64,000 nucleotides of DNA from an uncultured bacterium. Lineage in GTDB: Bacteria > Zixibacteria > MSB-5A5 > GN15 > FEB-12. The stretch is taken from NCBI GenBank assembly GCA_965372795.1, contig CBDVDR010000012.1, forward strand, positions 32,001 through 96,000, written 5' to 3'. A model generated the notes under the pieces. That model worked only from the letters and a program-made list of their open reading frames with translations. It ran no database searches and was not told the DNA's origin. The translations under genes and the position numbers were made by a program. How positions within the stretch are numbered: the stretch's first letter is position 1; each line of letters begins with the position of its first letter. This document shows positions 1 through 9,681 of the stretch, piece by piece.

Positions 1-718
1 CGCTTTCAGACCCGTATTTTTTTACAATCCGCCCCACTGAACGCACCGTCAATCCCTCACCAACCCGATTCAGGAAAAGATAAAGCGGAGTAGTATTTTT
101 TAAAATTATAAATTCATTTCGTTTTAATAAGTAACGATCAATATCCTCGCGCGTTGTATCCCCCATTGGTACCTGTCTGATTTTATTTCCTTTACCATAG
201 ATAGTAATCATACTATTAGATAAATCAATATCATTTAATTTAATATTAGTTAATTCTTCCCTTCTTATTCCGGTAGCATAAAAAAGAGAGATTATCATAA
301 AATCCCGAATGAATTGATATGAGTTTGATTTAGTGGGTCCAATTTTGTTTTCAAATAGCTTTTCAGCATCTTTTTGAGATAAAAAATCTGGAAGATTCTG
401 GCTATATTTCATTTTAGGAATTTTAAATATAAATTCTTTTGATCTTGTCTTGTTTGCATAATATTTTTGAAAATTTGAAATTGAAGATAGCAAACGAGCT
501 AAAGAACGATTTGACATCCCGGCTTCGGTTTTCTGACGTAAAAACATCCGCAAAAACATCGGATCATTCTTAGGTGAAGATGAATAATCAGTGTGCATTT
601 TATCAAGAAATTCAACCCACCCGGATACATCGCGGCGATAAGCCTCAATCGTCTTGGCCGAATAGCTTTTCTCAGTTGAAATATACTTGATATATTTTTG
701 CAGCTCTTTTTTCAACAT
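1..718 (-). CDS. xerC: Tyrosine recombinase, XerC/XerD family (3' end runs off the window)
   Basis: Not in the ORF track. Hand translation from ATG 718 gives MLKKELQKYIKYISTEKSYSAKTIEAYRRDV...SLFYATGIRREEL...IYGKGNKIRQVPMG, with the catalytic Arg box and the GKG-K-R motif. Adjacent to topA. Confidence 0.85.
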   Translation of the reverse strand, partial: MLKKELQKYIKYISTEKSYSAKTIEAYRRDVSGWVEFLDKMHTDYSSSPKNDPMFLRMFLRQKTEAGMSNRSLARLLSSISNFQKYYANKTRSKEFIFKIPKMKYSQNLPDFLSQKDAEKLFENKIGPTKSNSYQFIRDFMIISLFYATGIRREELTNIKLNDIDLSNSMITIYGKGNKIRQVPMGDTTREDIDRYLLKRNEFIILKNTTPLYLFLNRVGEGLTVRSVGRIVKKYGSES

Positions 719-724
719 GGTGGA

Positions 725-753
725 ATCATATCAAAAAAAACTGCTTGGGTCAA
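725..753 (-). promoter_or_regulatory. Sigma70-type promoter for xerC
   Basis: TTGACC-17 nt-TATGAT; the ATG follows the -10 box after a 6-nt gap. Confidence 0.6.
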
Positions 754-803
754 TTAGTTTGAACCAGGATTTAAAAATAGCTAACTATTATATATTTTAA
801 TAA

Positions 804-3089
804 TCAGGAAATAGTCGCCGTATCAGCCGATTCTTCAACCAATTCATGTTTGCATTGCGGGCATCTGATAAAATCCCCTTTGGCTTTTGATGTTTTTGCC
901 ACCATAAAAGGATTTTTGCAAGCCGGACATTCTTTTTTTATCGGCATATCCCAGGATGCAAAGTCGCATTTTGGATATTTGGTACACCCGTAAAAAGTCC
1001 GTTTTGCCTTGGTCTTTCGTTCGACCAACTCGCCTTCACACCCGTCTTTAGGGCATTTAATCCCCATAGTTAGCGGTTGTGTATTTTTACAATCAGGATA
1101 AGCTGAACAAGCTAAGAATTTACCAAATCTGCCGGTCTTAACAATCATAGGGGATTTGCATTTTTCACAAATCTTATCAGTTTTCATCTGCTCTTCTTCA
1201 CCCGGCAAAGGTTTGGCATTTTTGCAGGCAGGATAATCAGAACAGGACAGAAAACGTCCGTTTCTTCCCCATTTTATGATCATTCCAGAATTACATTTAT
1301 CACACTTGATATCTGTTTTTTCAGTTAATTCTTCTTTAATCTCTTTAATTTTACCTTTTAGAGATTCCATTGTTTCCATGAAAGGATTATAGAATTCTTT
1401 TAAAACTTTCACCCAATCATCATCGCCAACTTCAACTAAATCCAGCTCTTTCTCCATGCCGGCTGTAAATTTGACATTGAACAGATCCGGAAAGCTTGCG
1501 ACTAAAGTTTTATTGACAACTATGCCAAGATCGGTTGGTTTGAGTTTTCTTTCGATCAAATCAACATATTTACGATCTTTTATGGTAGAGATAATAGAGG
1601 CGTAGGTTGACGGACGACCGATTCCATCAGCTTCAAGCTGTTTAATCAGCATGGCTTCAGTGAATCTTGCCGGCGGTTTTGTAAATGATTGAATCGGTTT
1701 TAACTCTTTTAAATTAAGTTTATCACCCTTTTTCAAAACAGGAATTGAAACAGCTTTATCATCATCATTGCCGTTTTCATCTGCATCTTTGGCAACATTG
1801 TAAACTTTAAGAAATCCTTCAAAGTTGATTTTCTGAGAAGTTATTCTGAAGGTAAATTTGTCTGCGCCAATATCAACAGTGTGGACATCAAATTTAGCCG
1901 GATTCATTTGAGAGGCTACAAAACGATTCCAGATGATAGTGTAAAGTTTCAGTTGCTGAGGAGAAAGATGTTTTTTCATTCTTTCCGGAAACAGAGCCAT
2001 ATTGGTCGGGCGGATAGCTTCATGAGCATCCTGTGAAGATTTCTTTTTGCCATATTGATTCGGTTTATCGGGTAAAAATTCTGAACCAAATTCATCATTG
2101 ATATAAGTGCGAACAGCTTCAATAGCTTCAGTAGAAATTCGGGTAGAGTCGGTTCTCATATAAGTGATCAAACCGGTGGCACCCTCTTTACCGATTTCAA
2201 CCCCTTCATATAGTTTCTGGGCCAGTGCCATTGTCCGTTTGGGTGTAAACCCAAAAGCTTTGGCACCTTCCTGCTGTAAAGTTGAAGTTATAAACGGGGC
2301 GGTCGGTTTTCTTGTGGAGGTAGTATTCTTAACTTCAGAAACTGCAAAATCGGCTTCTTTTAGATCTTTAAGATACTCATTAACTTCTTTTTCAGAAGTT
2401 ATAGTAATTTTTTTGGCTCCGGTATCGCCTGCTTTTACAACCGATTTATCTTCTATCTTAAATAGTCTGGCTGTAAATCCTTTTTTACCTTTTAATAAAT
2501 CGGCGGTGATATTCCAGTATTCCTGAGGATTGAACTTGAGAACTTCTACTTCCCGTTCACAGACCAAACGTAAAGCTACCGATTGGACTCGACCGGCGGA
2601 TAAATTTCGTGCGATTGTTTTCCACAGAAATGGTGAAACAGTATAACCTACTATTCGATCAAGGGCTCTTCTTAGTTGCTGGGCGTTTACCAGATTTAAG
2701 TCTACTTCGGTTGGATTTGCAATAGCATTTAAAACTGCTGACTTTGTAATCTCGTTAAAAGTAACTCTGACAATTTTTGCTTTAGTAGATTTCCTGACTG
2801 TATTTTCAACATGCCAGGCAATGGCTTCCCCTTCACGATCCGGATCAGGAGCAAGGTAGATAACATCTGCTTTTTTAGCGGCTTTCTTTAATTCATTAAC
2901 TACTTTTTCTTTACCAGGAATAGTCTCATACTGCAGCTCAAAATTCTTATCAGGACTGACTCCAATTTTGGATTTTGGAAGATCGATTATATGTCCGATT
3001 GTAGCTTTGATTTCAAAATCATCGCCTAAAAAACGGGCAAGAGTTTTCGTTTTTGCGGGTGACTCAACGATAAGAAGATTTTTGGCCAT
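804..3089 (-). CDS. topA: DNA topoisomerase I with C-terminal C4 zinc ribbons
   Basis: LIVESPAK TOPRIM start, DPDREGE, SAGRVQS and GLITYMRTDS (catalytic Tyr) motifs. Start placed at ATG 3089 with GAGG upstream. Confidence 0.97.
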   Translation of the reverse strand: MAKNLLIVESPAKTKTLARFLGDDFEIKATIGHIIDLPKSKIGVSPDKNFELQYETIPGKEKVVNELKKAAKKADVIYLAPDPDREGEAIAWHVENTVRKSTKAKIVRVTFNEITKSAVLNAIANPTEVDLNLVNAQQLRRALDRIVGYTVSPFLWKTIARNLSAGRVQSVALRLVCEREVEVLKFNPQEYWNITADLLKGKKGFTARLFKIEDKSVVKAGDTGAKKITITSEKEVNEYLKDLKEADFAVSEVKNTTSTRKPTAPFITSTLQQEGAKAFGFTPKRTMALAQKLYEGVEIGKEGATGLITYMRTDSTRISTEAIEAVRTYINDEFGSEFLPDKPNQYGKKKSSQDAHEAIRPTNMALFPERMKKHLSPQQLKLYTIIWNRFVASQMNPAKFDVHTVDIGADKFTFRITSQKINFEGFLKVYNVAKDADENGNDDDKAVSIPVLKKGDKLNLKELKPIQSFTKPPARFTEAMLIKQLEADGIGRPSTYASIISTIKDRKYVDLIERKLKPTDLGIVVNKTLVASFPDLFNVKFTAGMEKELDLVEVGDDDWVKVLKEFYNPFMETMESLKGKIKEIKEELTEKTDIKCDKCNSGMIIKWGRNGRFLSCSDYPACKNAKPLPGEEEQMKTDKICEKCKSPMIVKTGRFGKFLACSAYPDCKNTQPLTMGIKCPKDGCEGELVERKTKAKRTFYGCTKYPKCDFASWDMPIKKECPACKNPFMVAKTSKAKGDFIRCPQCKHELVEESADTATIS

Positions 3090-3140
3090 TGATGTCCTCA
3101 ATTATAAATTAAAACTGGAATTTCTATTATCTATCGAACT

Positions 3141-3356
3141 TTATTTCTTATACTTTATCTTACCGTCCAATAGATCTGTCAACGCAACCATAGTAATTTT
3201 TCTGGCATCAAGTTCAATTGTCGGGTCTTCTTCTAATCTCTCCAGTCTTGCAATCCGATCAGTATTTAATCGGCGCGAATGCTGAGAGGCGATAATTACT
3301 GCCTCATAACGATTTAGACTTATTTTAGCTAATCTTTCTGATGATATAACTTTCAT
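3141..3356 (-). CDS. rpoZ: RNA polymerase omega subunit
   Basis: NRYEAVIIASQHSRRLN and K-x-T-xx-AL motifs; conserved gmk-rpoZ context. Confidence 0.85.
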   Translation of the reverse strand: MKVISSERLAKISLNRYEAVIIASQHSRRLNTDRIARLERLEEDPTIELDARKITMVALTDLLDGKIKYKK

Positions 3357-3407
3357 TATTCCTCCTGTTCGAATCTATTAACCGAATATTCTCTTATTTT
3401 GTTCCTG

Positions 3408-3998
3408 TCATAATATATTGCTTCTACAATGAGAGCAATCTATTATACTCAAAACATCTTTAACTGCCTTATTTAACACGTCATTAGTAACGGTATATTC
3501 AAATTTTTTATAAAATTCCATCTCTTTTTTAGCATTTTCAAATCGCACCCGCAATTGCTCTTTTGTTTCCGTTCCACGAGCCTTCAAACGTTTCCGAAGA
3601 GCTGCAATCGACGGAGGACGAATAAAGATAGTAACAGCTTCCGGATAATCTTTTTTGATTTTCCGGCCACCCTTCACATCAATATCAAGCAGTAAAACCC
3701 CACCCTTTTTCAAAGTATCTTCGATTTCTTTCCGTGGTGTGCCATATTGATAAAGATGAACCTTAAAATGTTCAGCAAAAGCGTTTCCGCGGGATAACCG
3801 GTTGAATTCACTATCGGTTACAAAATTATATTCTCTTCCATCTCTCTCTCCGACCCTTTTTTGGCGGGTGGTATAAGAAACCGAAAATTTCCATCCCTGT
3901 TTTTTTCTTGAAGCGGAAAGTAATTTTCTGCAAATAGAAGTTTTTCCTCCTCCGGATGGAGAGGAAATAATTACAATTTTACCCGGTTTAGTTATCAC
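3408..3998 (-). CDS. gmk: Guanylate kinase
   Basis: SPSGGGKTS P-loop, SYTTR, GERDGREYNF, YGTP. Confidence 0.96.
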   Translation of the reverse strand: MITKPGKIVIISSPSGGGKTSICRKLLSASRKKQGWKFSVSYTTRQKRVGERDGREYNFVTDSEFNRLSRGNAFAEHFKVHLYQYGTPRKEIEDTLKKGGVLLLDIDVKGGRKIKKDYPEAVTIFIRPPSIAALRKRLKARGTETKEQLRVRFENAKKEMEFYKKFEYTVTNDVLNKAVKDVLSIIDCSHCRSNIL

Positions 3999-4018
3999 TA
4001 TTTATACTCAACCCAATA

Positions 4019-4894
4019 CTATTCAACGTTTTGAACCAATTCACGAATTTTTTCAATTTCATTTTTCATCGAGATCGACAAAGCTGATATTTCCACATCA
4101 AATGATTTGGAAGCTATCGTATTTACTTCGCGATTCATCTCCTGAAGAATAAAATTGAGTTGTTTTCCAACCGGTTCTTTTTTCTTGAGTGTTTCACCAT
4201 ATTGTTTGAAATGGCTGGAAAGTCTGGTACATTCTTCGGTTATATCAATCCGATCAGCAAAAATGGCTATTTCTTCTTCCAATCGTTCTTTATTGATGTT
4301 AGTAGAATCCATTAAATCGCTAATTTTTTTTGAGAGTCTTTCTCTTCTTTTTTCAATTGAGTTACCGGAAAGTTTCATGGTGCCTTTAAGCATCGTCTCC
4401 AGTTCGCTAAGTCGCTGGGTCATATCCTTTTTCATCTCAATGCCTTCACTTTTACGCATTTTGAGAAGCTGATTAACAGCCTTGGTTACAACCTTTTCCA
4501 TAGGGGGCCAAATCATTTTTTCATCAATACTGTCTTTTGCCGGGTTAGAAATCTCGGGCAACAACAGCAAATCGTTAATTTTGATTTCGCCTTCAAGTTT
4601 GAATTCTTTTTTCAATTTTTCAAGCTGTTTATAATAAGCTTTAAAAGCTGATTCATTAATAAGGAATTTCCCCGGAGAGTCATCTGATTCATCAAAACTA
4701 ATGTAAACCTTAGCCTTACCCCGATTAATTTTTGAGCTGACCAAGTCGCGTACTTTTGATTCTAAGGGAGAAAATTGGCGGGGTAATCTAACTGAAATTT
4801 CAAGAAAACGATTATTGACCGATGAGATTTCCACCTCAAATCTTCCGATTACTGATTTTAGTTCCGACTTTCCAAATCCGGTCATCGAGTTCAT
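4019..4894 (-). CDS. yicC: YicC/YloC family endoribonuclease
   Basis: MNSMTGFG start, SVNNRFLE, DITEE, QEMNREVNTIASK, EKIRELVQNVE. Confidence 0.93.
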   Translation of the reverse strand: MNSMTGFGKSELKSVIGRFEVEISSVNNRFLEISVRLPRQFSPLESKVRDLVSSKINRGKAKVYISFDESDDSPGKFLINESAFKAYYKQLEKLKKEFKLEGEIKINDLLLLPEISNPAKDSIDEKMIWPPMEKVVTKAVNQLLKMRKSEGIEMKKDMTQRLSELETMLKGTMKLSGNSIEKRRERLSKKISDLMDSTNINKERLEEEIAIFADRIDITEECTRLSSHFKQYGETLKKKEPVGKQLNFILQEMNREVNTIASKSFDVEISALSISMKNEIEKIRELVQNVE

Positions 4895-4962
4895 TAGAAC
4901 CTGCCTTTATTAAAATAGGGACAAAGTTAGGGTATATAGCGGTTTTGTCAACTGAAATTATT

Positions 4963-5682
4963 CTAAACGAGTGATTTATCTTTAGATTTAGTATAAATAC
5001 GGGATTTTTTGGGGTCAACCAAAGTTCCGGTTATTGTATCTATTAATGAGGGATGGGAGATATTTGAGAGACGGTTAAGAGACTTTTTAATCCTTTCAGC
5101 CGACTTCCTGATTATCTTCAATTTTTTCGTAACTTCATTATTATCAAATAGTTTACTCTGCAACAACAGCTCCACCGTACCCTGAATCATCATAAGGGGA
5201 TTATTGATTTCATGAGCCAATGTCCCGGCAGCTATATTCATTATATCTTTTTGCTGAGTTTCGCGTAATCTCTCTTCCATTTCCCGATTATTGAGAATCA
5301 AAACCCGCCGCCTGAATACTTCCCCAACAATTCTGGATAAAGATTGATGATAATTCCCTTCTTTTACAATAAAATCAGAGGCACCGGAATTCAGGGCTTC
5401 TGTTGCTGTGTACTCAGACTCCTTTGAAGCGGTAATTATTACCGGAATATCGATATCATTTTGTCGTAAAAGCTGCAAAAGCTGTATACCATCCATATCA
5501 GAAAGACCATATTGAATTATTGCAACGTCATATTCTTTATTAACCGCGGCTTCTAAAACAGCCGAGCCGCTGCTAAAAACATCAACCTGACTTTTTTTAT
5601 AATAATCAGTTAAATTGCGTTCCATCAGAATTGCATGGAATTTATTTTTTTCTACGAGAATGATTTTAAAATCTTTTTTCAT
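4963..5682 (-). CDS. Atypical receiver plus HisKA dimerisation domain protein, no ATPase domain
   Basis: REC-like N-terminus (DMDG, GASDFIVK) followed by AHEINNPL; the ORF ends soon after. Confidence 0.8.
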   Translation of the reverse strand: MKKDFKIILVEKNKFHAILMERNLTDYYKKSQVDVFSSGSAVLEAAVNKEYDVAIIQYGLSDMDGIQLLQLLRQNDIDIPVIITASKESEYTATEALNSGASDFIVKEGNYHQSLSRIVGEVFRRRVLILNNREMEERLRETQQKDIMNIAAGTLAHEINNPLMMIQGTVELLLQSKLFDNNEVTKKLKIIRKSAERIKKSLNRLSNISHPSLIDTITGTLVDPKKSRIYTKSKDKSLV

Positions 5683-5686
5683 CGAT

Positions 5687-7615
5687 TTAATCCGATATCA
5701 ATTCAACCGGTAAGATCAAATCAACTGTTATTGATTTTCCTTTTCTCGAATTGAATTTGATATCTCCTCCAAGTTCTTTTACAAGACAATGCGAGATTGC
5801 AATGCCATTGCCGTAAGATTCTGCATCATTTGAATTATCATGATACTCATCAAAGGAAAAATCATAAACACTCTTAACATTAATTTCTGATAAACCTGAA
5901 ATATTACTCTGGATTTTTATCGTACAATTATCATTTTCAATTTTAGAAGTTATAATTAGATTAACTTTTTGTGAGCGATTGAATTTTATAAAAACAGACA
6001 GGATGTTATTAAGAATTTCGTTTAAAAGCTTTGATGATGTATATAATTTGGGCAGATCCTTGCAGTCGTATGTGACATCAACCCCCGGATAATCCAATTT
6101 AATTTTATAAATCAATTTATTAATAACTATTCCTACATCTACTTTTGTTTTATTTCCGGACTGATTACAAGCTTCATAAAGATCATCCAGACAATTTATA
6201 GTCGTTTCTAATGAGCTGGTATTCTCTAAAAGATTTTCAAGACAGTTATTGCCATCTTTTCCAAGTTTACTGTAAAACTCGTGTCCCAACTTTTCAGAGT
6301 GCCCATTGATTGCTTTTAAAGTTTCTTTAATATGTTTTAAAAATTGATCAAACGGGATAATTGCCCCGCCCTGATTAGGAACAATTTCACTATTTGTTTT
6401 AATGGGAAGAAAAGCAAAACAACTGCTAAGATCACCCGGATCGAGCGAGAATTTGACAATGACTAATTCAGCTGTTTCTTTTGAAGGCAGCTTAACCTCA
6501 AGATGTAAATCTTCGGGGTTATCCTCTTCAAGCGGTTTAGTCATATAACCGTAAATCCGGTCAATAATTTCTTTAGAATTATGCCCTTCAAGCTTTGATA
6601 TGACTTCCTCAAAATTCCCATTTACTTTTTCGTCCTCAACCACTTTTATAAGCGATGGGTTATATCCGGTCAGATCGCCGGTTTCATTAGTGATAAATGA
6701 TGGAATTGAAAGCGAATCAAGAAATCCTATGGTAAATTTTATATCAGGTGCAACATCTTCTGCAGCTACATTTTTTAATGAAAGTTCACTGAATCTTTTA
6801 AAGGCTGCTAAGCCGAGTTTAATCCGTTCAATAGATTCAACTGCTTCAGCCGGATTATCTTTATTTGAATAAATAACTCTGAACAGATATGAGTAAGTAT
6901 CATTAATCTGAACAACTTGAAGATATTCATTTGGTGCTTCCCCAATAATCTCTATCGCTTTTTGAACATCAACCTCTTTTGAAAAATCATAACTGCTTTG
7001 CTCATGGGCGATATAGGCGTGGAGATCATTAGGCGACGGAATTGACTTGAAAGTAAACTCTGCCGAGTCATCGTTGGTAGAACCGGCTCTTGGTTCAAGA
7101 TCATTTTCATTTATAACATATATGGAAACTTGATTGGCTAAGGAGTATTTCCTGAGCAGTCGTGCAAATCCTTTCAAGTTATCAAGACAGTCTATTTTAA
7201 TAATTTCATTCAGGAAAATATTGTGCAAATTATTATTATCTGTTCGTATATTTCCGTTTTCTGAATTTTTATTGGAATTAATAATTAACTGAAAGTTTAC
7301 CGGATTACCGGCGATAAAGTTCAGCGCTACGATTACATTGGCAGAGATATGTTCAGAATCTCGGTTGATGATTACGATATCGGTTGATTCATAAAATGTT
7401 TCGTAATGATTTCTTTTCCCAAGAAGCTGTTCAACTAAATTGATCGAGCCTTCATCAAGGAACTCACTAAGCTGTTTCCCGAATAGTTCTTCTTTAGTGT
7501 ATCCTAAAAGATTCTCGAATTCATCATCAATGTATACAAATCTGCCTTTGAGATCAATTTTACAAACGGCGCATCGCCGAATTCCTGCGTTAGGAGCAAT
7601 TGTTTTTTCAGTCAT
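5687..7615 (-). CDS. PAS-domain histidine-kinase-like protein with degenerate motifs
   Basis: N-terminal PAS (LLGYTKEELFGK); C-terminal HATPase-like region with altered N, G1 and G2 boxes. Confidence 0.75.
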   Translation of the reverse strand: MTEKTIAPNAGIRRCAVCKIDLKGRFVYIDDEFENLLGYTKEELFGKQLSEFLDEGSINLVEQLLGKRNHYETFYESTDIVIINRDSEHISANVIVALNFIAGNPVNFQLIINSNKNSENGNIRTDNNNLHNIFLNEIIKIDCLDNLKGFARLLRKYSLANQVSIYVINENDLEPRAGSTNDDSAEFTFKSIPSPNDLHAYIAHEQSSYDFSKEVDVQKAIEIIGEAPNEYLQVVQINDTYSYLFRVIYSNKDNPAEAVESIERIKLGLAAFKRFSELSLKNVAAEDVAPDIKFTIGFLDSLSIPSFITNETGDLTGYNPSLIKVVEDEKVNGNFEEVISKLEGHNSKEIIDRIYGYMTKPLEEDNPEDLHLEVKLPSKETAELVIVKFSLDPGDLSSCFAFLPIKTNSEIVPNQGGAIIPFDQFLKHIKETLKAINGHSEKLGHEFYSKLGKDGNNCLENLLENTSSLETTINCLDDLYEACNQSGNKTKVDVGIVINKLIYKIKLDYPGVDVTYDCKDLPKLYTSSKLLNEILNNILSVFIKFNRSQKVNLIITSKIENDNCTIKIQSNISGLSEINVKSVYDFSFDEYHDNSNDAESYGNGIAISHCLVKELGGDIKFNSRKGKSITVDLILPVELISD

Positions 7616-7621
7616 AGTTTA

Positions 7622-9613
7622 TCATCTAATCTTCAATACCTTTAAATGCTTCACAGCATTTTTAGTTTTTACCAGCAAAATGTATGGGCCATCGGACAAT
7701 TCCTCCCCTCGAAGATTTGTTCCGTCCCAATGCCATATATCGGCAGACGGGGACGATTCATTGACCTTTTTCCATACTTTTTCACCTGCTATATTGAAGA
7801 CAGTGATTGACACAAGATTACCGGCAGTTGGGTTGAGAGATATATTAATAGATTCTGAAAATGGATTTGGGTAGGCAAAAATTGCTTCAGAATTATCCGC
7901 AGAGACTGTAACCTCAACAAAAGTTGTCTCTGCAAAATATCCGACATCGGCGACCAGTCCAATTGTAGTTTGGATCGACTCACTGCTTACGGCATTATAA
8001 ATTAACAAGCCCCGCCCGTTGGCACTATCAATAATTTCGGCCTCTGCGGGATGGTTAAAGGCAGTTATAACAGGAATATCCGGTGATGATCCGGAAGTTT
8101 CAACATGTAATAACGCCACAGTATTAGGAAGTACTCTCAGACTATATTCACTATTAAACTTTATTATATCGGCAGCTCTGGCAGCATCATATAAACCATA
8201 ACCATACACATTATCAGGATTATCAGCTCTGTCACCTGTGGCTCTGATAAGATTCCTCATCTCCTCGGCGGTTAACAGAGGATTGTGTTCCATTGCCAGA
8301 GCCGAACCGGCAGCAATCATCGGTGTCGAAAATGATACACCCTGAACATTGATATAACCACCAACTGAACGAGTAGACAAAACTCCGGTTGCCAATGACA
8401 CAATATCCGGTTTGATTCTTCCATCAGCAGTTGGACCTATTGATGAAAAAAAGGCGGCTGTGCTATCAGAATTTACACCGCCAACGGTAATTACAGAGTC
8501 CCCGTCAGCTGGAAATGTTATTTTCTCCCAGGATGTTGCCCGTTCATTTCCGGCACCGGTTACTACCAAAATATTTTTTGAAGCAGCAATGTCGGCGGCT
8601 ATTGTAATCAAAGCGGTATTGCCGTCAAGATCATCTATAGTATAGTCTTCTGAATCTGTAATATCTGAAAAAATCGTGTATCCAACCGAACTGCTGATTA
8701 TATCAGCACCCTGAACATCAGCCCATTCAGCGGCTGCAATCCAGTTATCTTCCTCTACCTTGATTTCAGTATTGTCACAGGTTATTTCGGTTTTCGCCAG
8801 TAACAGCGATACATTTGGAGCCAGCCCGACATATTCTCCCGGTACAAATCCAGCTATGACACCCATGACCAGCGTCCCGTGATAGTCTTGTTGCTGTGAC
8901 TCCGAATTATCATCACACCCAGTTTCTGACACCGAGGTATCATTATTTATAAAATCATACTTCCCGGCAATATTGATTGAATCTATAAAAGCCAGATGAT
9001 CGATATTGAAACCACTGTCAAATAATGCAAGCGTAACACCCCGTCCGGTTAATCCGGCTTGATGTAACTTAATGACCTTTGAAAATTCTGCATTTTTTAA
9101 TGAACCCCCATAATCAAAAGCAGTTGTTTTATCCGGTCTGACAAAAGATGTTTCTTTAGACACAATATCTTCAACAGAGGCTGTCAAAGTTTTTACCAGA
9201 TCTATTTTCTTAACAAACTTATGCTTCACAATTTCTTCAGCTTGTTCTGTTGTGGCTTCCACAGATACAGCTTTCAGCCAGCGAGAAACTCGGCGAACTT
9301 TAATTCCGGATTTTTTTATTTCAGAAACATAAATTGGAGCAATTGAATAATCATAATTATCTACAAGAAAATTATTCGGGTCAACTTTCCCCCTACGAAT
9401 TAAGGCTTTTTCAGAAAGAGCAACTATAGTCTTATTAACGGTCGTTGAGTCAAGATACAACCATAACCGATGAGTATCAAAACTGTTCGACTGGCTAAAA
9501 GCAGTTTTCGCCCGGGAAGTAATTTTGGTAGATTTCCCCCAATCACCGCCAAACGTTGTTTGTGAAAGGAGAAAGAGTATAAGAACAATTTTATATTTAA
9601 ATTTCAATATCAA
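7622..9613 (-). CDS. Secreted S8 subtilisin-like peptidase with FlgD-Ig/T9SS-like C-terminal domain
   Basis: Signal peptide; FDSG, HGT and GVSFSTP triad motifs; YPNPF...WDGTN...GPY tail. Confidence 0.9.
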   Translation of the reverse strand: MILKFKYKIVLILFLLSQTTFGGDWGKSTKITSRAKTAFSQSNSFDTHRLWLYLDSTTVNKTIVALSEKALIRRGKVDPNNFLVDNYDYSIAPIYVSEIKKSGIKVRRVSRWLKAVSVEATTEQAEEIVKHKFVKKIDLVKTLTASVEDIVSKETSFVRPDKTTAFDYGGSLKNAEFSKVIKLHQAGLTGRGVTLALFDSGFNIDHLAFIDSINIAGKYDFINNDTSVSETGCDDNSESQQQDYHGTLVMGVIAGFVPGEYVGLAPNVSLLLAKTEITCDNTEIKVEEDNWIAAAEWADVQGADIISSSVGYTIFSDITDSEDYTIDDLDGNTALITIAADIAASKNILVVTGAGNERATSWEKITFPADGDSVITVGGVNSDSTAAFFSSIGPTADGRIKPDIVSLATGVLSTRSVGGYINVQGVSFSTPMIAAGSALAMEHNPLLTAEEMRNLIRATGDRADNPDNVYGYGLYDAARAADIIKFNSEYSLRVLPNTVALLHVETSGSSPDIPVITAFNHPAEAEIIDSANGRGLLIYNAVSSESIQTTIGLVADVGYFAETTFVEVTVSADNSEAIFAYPNPFSESINISLNPTAGNLVSITVFNIAGEKVWKKVNESSPSADIWHWDGTNLRGEELSDGPYILLVKTKNAVKHLKVLKIR

Positions 9614-9681
9614 CTCTGAAAATTATTAATAATTCTATTTTATCTTAAACATATTCTTCGGTAATATAGTTCTCAATTATC

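Noticed and set aside
1..718. Tyrosine recombinase as a phage or integron integrase
   Set aside because: The N-terminus and topA adjacency fit housekeeping Xer; no att or dif site was seen; the C-terminus is outside the window.
7622..9613. S8 peptidase as inactive because of GVSF instead of GTSF
   Set aside because: The Asp, His and Ser triad residues are all present.
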